Source: Glaucostegus cemiculus
Lineage: Eukaryota
DNA: 64,000 bases
Assembly: GCA_976551045.1 (NCBI GenBank)
Contig: CDPCPM010000029.1
Span: 40,920,001 to 40,984,000, forward strand
Direction of reading: 5' to 3'
The translations under genes were made by a program, and so were the position numbers. Positions 54,229 through 64,000 of this stretch are shown piece by piece. Within the stretch, counting starts at the first letter, position 1. Every line of letters begins with the position of its first letter. The notes beneath the pieces are model-generated. The model was not told the origin of the DNA, ran no database searches, and worked only from the letters and a program-made list of their open reading frames with translations.

Positions 54229-55174
54229 ATCACCATCACTGACTGACAGAGCCCCTGGTCTGAATGCTCAACGTGGGATAAAAGCTGCCTAGTGGCATGC
54301 TGAATGCTCAAGTCTCCACAGCAGAATACATGGAGCTTTGCCCAAACCCATCTGCTTGTGGCAGAATCCACATAGGGCACTTCAGCCACCTCAGAGCCTA
54401 AAGAACTAGAGTAAAAAGCAAGTTATCCTTGACCCTAAAGGAATGCTTAAATATTTAAAGTAAAACATGCAGAGAGCAGCTGTGCAACTTTTTAAAATCA
54501 GGCAGCATTCTTTTGGTTCCAAGTAAACAAGGTTAAAATATGGAATGGAATGTAGATCATTTGAATTTGGATAAAGCTGCACCCACAAGATTACCATAGG
54601 GAATAGTGTGGAACTTGCTCTTTCAGTGACAAATAGCTATTTATAGAACGTGGCAAAACCCAAGATTTTAAAATGATTTAAGAATTTTAGAATTGCTTTC
54701 TTGTTCAAATGATAGGATTACAGCTGAACTTCCCCAAAGCTAAACTGGCAATAAAAAGGATCTTTCCATCACATTTTAGTCTATTAGGAGTATACAGCAT
54801 TTATACAATAACTATGTTCCATCACTAATAACTGAAAATCCAGGAAAACCCAGCACCTGCAGAAAAAGAAACAGTTAATATTTCAGGTCAAAGACCCTTC
54901 ATCTGAACTGTGGAGCTGAAGTAGAGTTTAATTGCAATGAAATGTACCTAAGAGTTTTCACCTTCCTGACTGCTCCCACCTGACAAAACAGGCAAGACTG
55001 GAAATGATTAAAGTGCAACTTTACATTGTATCCAGTCACAATTTCATTGTAGAAGCATATGCATGCAGCTTGCTGAATTTCCAGTTTATTTTTGTGTGGT
55101 ACTGCATTAACATTGCAGAAAATTGAAATCTGCATTAAATGGCTCTTTAAAATAGCCACTGAATGAAACCTGTG

Positions 55175-55920
55175 TTAGAACACAGAGCGCAGTAACAGGC
55201 CCTTCAGCCCACAATGCTGAATTGAAATACATCACTTGTGCTTGTACATGATCCATATCCCTCCATTCCCTGCATATTCACGTCTCTATCCACAAGCTCT
55301 TAAATGCCACTATTGTACAATATGTTTCCACCACTATCCCTGGTGGCCTGTTCCAACCATCTACCACTCTGTGTAAACAAAAAACTCATCCTGCACATCT
55401 CCCTTAAATTTTCCCCCTCTAATCTTAAATGTTTGTCCTCTAATATTTAACATTTCCACTCTGGGGAAAAAATTCTGACCATCTACCCTATCTACTCCTC
55501 TCAAATCTTATAAACTTCTAACAGTTCTCCCTTCAGCCTCTGATGCTCCAGAGAAAACAACCCAAGTTTGTCTAACCTCCCCTTACAGTTCATACCATCT
55601 AATCCAGGCAGTATGGCAAACCTTTTCTATACCCTTTTCAAAGCCTCCACATCCTTCCTGTAATAGGGTGACCAGAAGTGCACACAACACCAAATGTGAC
55701 CTAACCAAAGTTTTATATAGTTACAACATTACTTCCTTACTCTTGTACTCAATGCCCCTACCAATGAAGGCAAGCATGGTATATGCCTTCTTTACCACCC
55801 TATCTACTTGCATGACCACTTTCAGTGAGTTATGGACTCGGACCCCAAGATCCCTCTGTACATCAATGCTGTTAAGGGTCCTGCCACTAACTCTATACTT
55901 TCCCCTTACATTTGACCTCC
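55175..55920 (-). mobile_element. CR1 LINE 3' fragment
   Basis: Minus strand reads DLGVRVHNSLKVVMQVDRVVKKAYTMLAFIG, HFWSPYYRKDV, LDKLGLFSLE; CR1 tail at 55175-55215. Confidence 0.88.
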
Positions 55921-56394
55921 TTCCCCGTACATTTCATCTTGTTGATAATAAACCTGATTAACATATTGTCAAGTTGCCCGCTCCACCTTCAGAAATTACT
56001 GTGTGGGATACTTATCCCAAATGCGGTATATACAAGCTCAGCATTACAGCTTGTGCCCAATTAGCAGATGACTATTTGACCCTCTGCCCAAGTTTTGAAG
56101 GAATTTATTTTTATCTGGTATCTGTTCTGGCAGTTAGTGTCTTCACTTTTAGCTCATCCATTTTCATTGTGCTCTTGATAGGACAGCTATGACTACCTTT
56201 AAGTATTCCAAATGAAATCCCGCGTAGTGCAATGACAGAAAAACAAGGTCTTGAACTTAAGATGCCTTACATTGTATCTGGATTGTCACCTAGTGTTAAA
56301 ATGACTCCAAGAGGAAAATTTAAAAAGTAAAACACTGCACTTACTGGAAATACAGGCAGGACTAAAGAGTGTGTTAATCCTTCAAGATCAATGA

Positions 56395-57140
56395 TAGAGG
56401 CAAGTTTTATAAACAGCAGAGGCCTTAGGAGCATTGATGCAAAGAGGAATCATAGGGTGCAAATTCATAGCTCCTTGAAAGTGGAAAGGGTGATAGAGAA
56501 AGCATAGGGCATGCTTGCCTTCACTGGTCTGCGCATTGACTTTTAAAGCTGGCAAGCTTTGTGCAACTGCAACTTTGGTTAGAATGCATTTGGGATACTG
56601 TGTGCAGTCCTGGTCACCGCATTACCGGAAGGACATGGAGGACTTTGCAGAAGGTACAAAAGTGCTTACCTGGACGGTTGCCTGGATTGGAGAATATTAG
56701 CTACAAGGAGAGGTTGGACAAACTTGGATTATTTTCCCTGGAGTGTCGGAGGCTGAAGGGCAACCTGATAGAAGTATATAAAATTATGAGAGGCATAGAT
56801 AAGGAAGATAAGTCGGTCTTTGTCCCAGGGTGGAAATGTGAAATACTAAGGGCATAGGTTTAAGGTGAAAGGGGGAAAATTTAAAAGGAGATTTACAAGG
56901 CAAGTTTGTTTGCTTCCTCACACACACACCCAACCCCCACACAGAGTGGTAGGTGGCTGGAATGTGCTGCCAGGAGAAGTGATAGAACAGTTACGAAGAA
57001 ACATTTAGACAGACAGGCTGGGAATAGCGGGATGGGATATGGATCAGCTGCAGGCAGATGGGATTAGTTTAGGCTGGCATCATGATTGGTGGAAATATCA
57101 TGGGCTGAAGAGCCTGTTCTTGTGCTGGAATGTTCTAGTT
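56395..57140 (+). mobile_element. CR1 LINE 3' fragment nested in a Penelope terminal-repeat pair (~56325-57240)
   Basis: YCVQSWSPHYRKD, LPGLENISYKERLDKLGLFSLECRRLKGNLIEVYKIMRGIDK; tail GGGCTGAAGAGCCTGTTC. Confidence 0.88.
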
Positions 57141-60100
57141 ACTACTTAAAGATTAATGATGTGAAGTATTAATTCTGTTTCTCTCACACCACAGGTGCTG
57201 CCTGACACAAGTACTTCCAGCATTCTGTTTTATTATTTTTGATGAAAACTCTTGTTTCATTGTAGTTACATTTTAAGAGTAGATGTGGCACATGACTGAA
57301 ATACTATTTATTGAAGCATTGATGAAAATTTGTTCACATTCTATACGTGCTATCAAAATCAAAACTAGAAATGTTTAGGTGCAAAAGTCATGAGCACAGA
57401 ACATAAAACAATCACATTGATGTCCCTTTAAAAAGGCAGAATAGTTTGGCAGCATTGTAATATTTAGCATCTAAGCACTCCAACATTTTCCTACCACATC
57501 TGGAGTCTCTTACTTCTCTACATTCAGTGGTGCCTAGTTAATTGGCAGACTGCCTAGACTGTTGATATGGTTCATCTATTGGAGCATTGTGTTCCAGGGT
57601 AAAAGTTATGTCACAGACACCTGTTTTCAGTGTACAGAATGTAGTTTTTTTGACAATTGTCAAAAATACCATAACAGTACAGATAATCTGAATACCTGGA
57701 AAGAAAAAAAAACTGAGCTTATAACACCTTTCATCACCTCCAAGACATCCAAACTTTTGAAGAGTAATCACTGGTATCTTCAGTGCACCAAGATCTGGCA
57801 AACAACAGGACGTGATCAGATTTCTTTGTTGTAAATGTCGAAGGATAAAATTGATCAGAATTTCCACTTCAAATCGTACATAGGATATTTTATATCTTTA
57901 ATTGGACAACTTAATCTCATTTTAACATAGCATCTCTGCCAGACAACTCACAAAACTATATGCATCCAATCATGTTAGGGATCCATTGCATAAATCATTA
58001 AGTTATTGAAAAGAGGACATTCACACTATGGATGAGAGATGATGAAAAAAAACAATTGGAAGAAAAGATTAGAGGGACTGAAAAGTATTCAGAATACAAA
58101 AATGCAGAAGGAATAACTTCAGTTTCAGTCAGTGGGGGCATTTAAAGGGGAGTTGGATAGGTACCTAATTAATCAAGGTATCAAGGGATATGGGGATAAG
58201 GCTGGAAATTGGGGATAGATATGTTATCCTTTCTTTTCTCATGGAGCAGACTCGAAGGGCTGAATGGCCTACTTCTGCTCCCTTGTCTTGTGATCTTGTG
58301 AAGATGAACACATACAGTATGCCTCTCCTCATCCAATTTGTGAATCCATATCAAGGTGGCTTTGAAAAAGATTCACAAACGTAAAGCTTTTCAATAACCA
58401 AAAGTGGCTTATGAAAAAGCAATTAGATGAAAAGGCAGAAAAATATAAAGTACAGAGTAAATGAGAATGCAAATCGTCAGCCAGTCAGATGACATCTATG
58501 GAGGAAAGGAAGAGTTTACACTTCAGCTTTGTTTTAATAACCTTGCACAAACAGAAACACCTGGCACAAAGATTAACAGTAGTCACCACATTATTGCTAC
58601 ACTTACTAACAAATAGCTAATGGCTATGCCCTTTATTGTACTATTATGTCAGCATAGAAATTCAACCATCTCTGTGCAACACAGTTGTTTCTGCAATTTA
58701 CGTAAACTTCATCTAAAGCACAGAAACAGGAAGTTCTTTTGACTTTTAATCACTATAAATTTTAATGGATTAGAATCTTAAAAAAATAGCTTAAACAGTA
58801 ACAATAATGATTGAGCAAGAAAATGTTGTTAAAGCAGTTAGAATTAAGAAAACTAGACATTGTATGTTACTGCAAATGAGCCACCAGATACCAAAATATA
58901 TTTTGCTACTTATACCAGTAATGTTTCAAGCACTATCAGGCTTCAATTTTTTTTAAATTCAAAAAAATTGCACCAATTTCTTAACAATCTGAGTTGGGCT
59001 GGGGGGAGGAAATAATTCGTAAGCTAAACATGAAACAAAAATGTTGTTATTTACAGGTTAGGAAGAGCAAAATTCAGATTCTTTGAATTTGTGTGAAATC
59101 AAACCAAATCTGTGGAATCTCAAGGTCAACAGTTCTGATGGGTTCATCCCTATGCAGGAAACATTTTGTTTTCTACATAAATAACCTTGGTGCCTTTGAT
59201 ACTCAAATATACAACACACCAAACGTGAGGGAAACAAAAGGTTTTCTTCCATCTTTCTCTCCCTGCATCTCACATACCAACAAATGAAAACAGTTATAAG
59301 TAAAACTTTCAATGAAGTGGGAGCCTCAAGAACCCATGGGATCCTGGCTAACAAAGCTATAGTAGTTCCAAGTGGACAGGCTTAAGCTCTGTTACTTTGC
59401 TTGCTCAAGGCAATCCATGAAAGGAAAACTTGGATTGCTCTAGCCCATGTCTTGGCCACAGGACATCTCAAAAGCACTTTAAAAATACTTGGAAGTAAAA
59501 TCATTACTGTGCACATTAGATGTTAGTTGCTAAATTTCCAACACACACCAATAAAAAGGACCAAATCAGCAGGTTTTTTTTAAGGTTCTGGATATCCATG
59601 TTCCTTTTCAACTAACACCATGGAATATTATACATTTATGAGCCCCAGATTAAAGTGACATTTGAAAGACTGAACCTTCAGTAGTGCAGCGCTCCAGTAC
59701 TCTACTGAATTGCTAGCTTATGTCAAAAAGTATACAATTGCAAGTAGTGGTCATCACACATCTAAGATCAACAAAGCAGGAGAGGAGCAAAATAACTCCC
59801 TGCTTAGCAGTAGGGGCAAGGTAAATGAGAAGATGGAGAGATGCAAAACAAAAATCCTAGGCGACTAAAAATTGCCCAAAAGCTACACAACCCTGGGTAT
59901 CTACTACACACAATATGGCAAGTGAAAAGGGAAATTTTTAAGTGACCATTAAGACACTGTGGAGCAAGTAGTAACTGAATTGAGAAAAGCCCAGCAGTTA
60001 TAGGGAATACTATTCAGCTGCCTTGTAGCAGAAACTCAAACTGTTCTATTACCTGTTCGAGGAAAGGCCGTGGTGAATAAAGACCATAGTGAAGCGGAAG

Positions 60101-61794
60101 CATAATGGAAGTCTTGCAAAAATCGAAAATCAAGAAATTATGCAATGGGATTGAAGTTACAAATCAAGAAGAAGCAGGGTCCTCAAACAGATGCTAAATA
60201 TACCAATGGGAAAGAGCCACTGCATCAAATGTCAGTGATCTAAAACTTTTTTTTTCCCATAGCTCTCTGAACTGGTATTTCCATCATTTTGTGTTGTTAT
60301 ATCATAGCATTTAATGTAATTCTGTTGATCTAGGAATGACATTCTTTTGAGAAACTCAGAAAGAGTACTTGTAATGTGAATAGCAATTGCACCACATGAT
60401 TAAACACCTACCAATGCATAGCTTCCTGTTAAAACTTTTCTTGTAACCAGGAAACACTTCAGCTAAAAATCACTCAATCCACACTCGACCCCTATATGAT
60501 CTTTGATGTACCAAGCAACAGCATTTTGAAACATTAGAGAGCAAATTCTGTTTTTAAACCTGCATTAACACAACCATACTGCAGAGGATATATAGCACCA
60601 AAGTCACAATATTGCATGAATGCAAGCAGCTTAATATCAGATACAAGACAGAACCACAACAATTAATTTGTATTCAATTTAGTTCAGAACATTGCTCCCA
60701 GATCACAGCCAAAATATTTTAAAAGTCCAAGCTGCAGGTACTCTGCGACTGAACTCATTGTCTAATAATTATGATTTTCCCTTTGATATCAGGGCTATTG
60801 CAACATTCCAACTATTTCAACATTGTAAAGACCAACCAAACTTTAACTGCAACACTGAAAAATCTTACAACAGCAGGTCTTTACCACAATGGGCCAAATC
60901 ATCCAACTCATCTATTAAGTTTTGGCAAGTTATCAGCATGATCGCTCCTGAGTTTCTGGCTAACTGCTCAATTGGCTTCAGGTAATTATGATTAATAGAA
61001 AGATTATTTTTCTGCAACATTGTCTGCCTACCATTTGACTATTTAACTGCAGTTTTTTGTGAAGTTCATCCTGAAGTCTTCCTAAGGTTTAATGATTACA
61101 CAATAATGAAGCAGATATCACTAGTTGCACCTCCCTGTACAGAATTGTTTTCTTTAGGTGTCTGACATAAATTTGAGAGGGGGAAGAAAGAGAAGAAAAC
61201 TTCAGACAGATTGAAAGATCATTACCATGCAAATTACTAATTTCCTTTTTTTCCAATACCAATACAGAAGGTTGTGGAGAGGTTGGTATGTTGATGAGAG
61301 AGGGAGAACAGTCACAGTCAATTGAACAAGCAAACAGCATCCTCAAGTCTTTGTTCTTTCTCAACATGGGTAGCAGCAACCCAACTCATTTGGTCCAGTC
61401 TGAGCAGGCCCCAATATCCCTAGACTTTTGGACCTGAAGCAGCAGCTTGAATAATGATAAGACTTTGTGGTTTTAAATAGGTAGGGCATCTCAGAACTCA
61501 AGCCTTCATTCCATGAGTAAGACTAGATCTAACCAAAATGCTTACTGTACTTACTGGAAACAAAACTGCCAAGGTACAGTTAACATCATGTTAAAGATAA
61601 AATTAGCATCTTGCACTTGAAAGACTAAATTATTTGAAAGACATCACAATATTTTATCAAATTATACTATGGATTTTTATGGGCAAGGGGGGGGGAACAG
61701 TGATAACAAAAGAGGTTTGCATAGTCATTAGCAGCAATCTTGAAACAGGATAAGCAAACAACTTATTGTACAATTCCCATGACAACTTTTCATT

Positions 61795-62010
61795 AAGGAG
61801 TTAGGAGGGGATCCCTGAAGTTCTGGCCAATATTTATCCTATAACCAACATCACAAACTGATCATTATTACTTTGTAAGGGATTGCTAAATGCAAGTTAG
61901 CTGTTTCCTATATTGCAAATATAAGTACACTACCGAAGTACATCATTGGATGCAAAGTCCTTGGAATATCCTGAAAGGAGCATAAAGGTAACCATAGAAT
62001 TGCAAGTTTG
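61795..62010 (+). mobile_element. Deu-domain (SacSINE1/AmnSINE1-like) SINE relic
   Basis: TCTGGCCAATATTTATCCTATAACCAACATCAC...GCTGTTTCCTATATTGCAA...GTACATCATTGGATGCAAAG..CTTGGAATATCCTGA...GCAAGT resembles the shark DeuSINE consensus as I recall it. Confidence 0.6.
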
Positions 62011-62231
62011 GCTTTAAATTATTTTGTGTTTAGCTTTATGAACCAATAGAAAACATTTCAAGACATAAATGGGCTGAAGTAACTGCTATAATTCTAGAGT
62101 CAGCAAAGAAATAAAGAAACCAGGTTTCCTTTTAGCAATCTGAATGCTAAAACTTCAGTAATTTCCAACTCCTAATGGATCACTGTACTTAGTTAAGAGA
62201 CAGTCTTTTATAAGATTAAGTTGCTGAGTTA

Positions 62232-62241
62232 CCAAATATGG
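62232..62241. promoter_or_regulatory. Perfect CArG box CCAAATATGG
   Basis: Matches CC(A/T)6GG in unique sequence, with MCAT-like GGAATG (~62332) and CATTCCA (62415) nearby. Confidence 0.3.
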
Positions 62242-63011
62242 AGACCAAGTGGCTAACGTACAGCATAAAACATAACCAATGTAATTTATTAAACATCCTA
62301 AGGGAATCCACACTGGGAAATCGCCTAAAGAGGAATGAATCCTCTATCAACCAAGTATGTAAATATTTTCTTTCACATTTTTCCAAAATCACGCTTCCAG
62401 TTAGGGAGGTATATCATTCCACAAAGCAAATTAGCTCAAACCAAAATGCTTACTAGCAGAGCAGAAACAAAACAGCCAAGGAATAATTAAGTTAATGCCA
62501 AAGTAAAATTAACATCCTAGATTTTTAACAGTGAAACAGAAAACAAATTCCAAACTATTTGAAAGGTGCCACAATTTTTTTTTTTTTTACACACACAGCC
62601 AGCACTGAGGAACAATACAAACATGACATGTAAAAATCTTTTTGTTAGCAGAGAAATATTTACCACATGTTGTAAACACATTTCTCAACCTATTTATATA
62701 GAGGTTTAACCCAAAAGAAAATGGATAAAATTTGAAAAAAGATGACAAACTGAAAAAATATTTCTGTTACTCTTAGGACCTGCTACCTTGACCCCAAAAT
62801 TTTCATTTTGTTGTCATAGCAAGATACATCAAGGAAACGGGCCTTTCAGCCCGAGTCTGTAACAATCATTAAGCACCCATTTTTAAACTAATTCTACCCT
62901 AATTCATTTTATTCTTTCCGTGTTTCCATCAATAACCCCCACCCCCTAGATTTCATCATTCACCTACAGACTAGTAACAATGCCCAATTAACCTACAAAC
63001 ATGCATATTTT

Positions 63012-64000
63012 GGAGACACAAGAGATTCTGCAGATGCTGAAATCTGTAGCAACACACACAAAATGCTGGAGCAACTCAGCAGGTCAGGCAGCATCTATGG
63101 GGAGAAATAAACAGTCAATATTTCAGGCCGAGACCCTTCATCCAGTGCTGGAAAGGAAGAGGGCAGAAGCCAGAATGAGGTAGTCAGAGGAAGGGGAGGA
63201 GTACATGCAAGCAGGTGATAGGCAAGAGAGAGAAGGTAGGAGGGTAGGGTAGTGGGTTTGAAGTAGAAGGCCAAGAGGTGATAGGTAGAAGAAGCAAAGG
63301 GCTGAAGGGAGCGGGAAACCAGTAGGAGAGGGCAGTGGACCATGGAATAAGGAGGTGGGGAATTGATAGGCATGTCATGAGGGTGGGGGGGAAGACATGT
63401 CAGTATGGGAGTGGGATGTGAAATTGAAATGGATGGCCACCAGAAGATCTTTGCTTTAGTGGTGGACGGAATGAAGGTGTTCAATGAAGCGGTCACCCAA
63501 TCTGCGTTGGGCCTCACCGATGTAGAGGAGGCTGCACCAGATGCAATAAATATTGCTTCGTCAGACACCTTCATTCTGTCCACACACTAAAGCGAAGATT
63601 TCCCAGTGGCCGTCCACCTCAATTCCACATCCCACTTCCATACCAACATGTCTATCCATGGCCTCCTCTACTGCCACGTGGAGGCCAGATGCAAGGTGGA
63701 GGAACAACACCTCATATTTCGCCTTGGTAGTTGCCGACCTGACAGCCTCAATGTCGATTTCTCCGGTATCCCCTCACTTATTCACCACCCCTTTCATTTT
63801 CTCCTTTGTCTTCCCTCATTCCTGAGGCCCCTTCCCCCACCTTCACAACCTGTCTATCTATTCCCCACCTCCTTCCCTTTATTCCATTGTCCACTGCGCT
63901 CTCCTCCCAGATTCCTCCTCCTTCAGCCCTTTGTCTCTTCTACCTATCACCTCTCAGCTTCTTATTCTCCCCCCTCCCCCACCCACCTGAACTCGCCTAT
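63012..64000. mobile_element. Penelope-like element, head-to-head inverted structure, running off the window end
   Basis: Minus arm 63012-~63555 (terminal repeat, UTR, GIY-YIG LLYIGEAQRRLGDRFIEHL); plus arm from ~63575 repeats the GIY-YIG C-terminus and UTR. Inserted in a V-SINE 3' relic (62815-63010). Confidence 0.85.

Noticed and set aside
1-64000. CRISPR array or prokaryotic defence system
   Set aside because: The DNA is eukaryotic with spliceosomal introns; recurring motifs are dispersed retroelement ends, not regularly spaced repeats.
2170-64000. Talin-associated intronic miR-190
   Set aside because: It is known from a 3' intron of TLN2, and I saw no TGATATGTTTGATAT-type mature sequence here.

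Overview
AT-rich vertebrate genomic DNA whose repeat landscape (HE1/V-SINE-like and Deu-domain SINEs, CR1, Rex-Babar, RTE, L2, Penelope-like elements) points to a cartilaginous fish; the taxon is an inference. The only host gene I can support is the 5' end of talin-1 (TLN1) on the minus strand: two coding exons (2141-2012 and 657-560) with canonical splice sites encode the F0 subdomain, MVALSLKIGVGNAVKTMQFEPSTMVYDACRMIRDRVPEAQTGQPNDYGLFLSDEDPKKGIWLESGKALDYYMLRNG. The remaining ~62 kb is upstream or 5' intronic sequence. It holds a candidate non-coding exon (23612-23537), a CArG/TEAD/ETS motif cluster (~25.6-25.95 kb) and many retroelement relics. Most notable: (1) a minimal type-I hammerhead-ribozyme motif with covarying stems in the terminal repeat of many Penelope-like copies, several arranged as short fold-back elements; (2) one Penelope copy with two insertions templated from nearby DNA on either side; (3) V-SINE-like elements with a shared head but tails from different LINE clades. 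Repeat boundaries were read by eye and are approximate, and family names rest on recalled motifs, not database searches.
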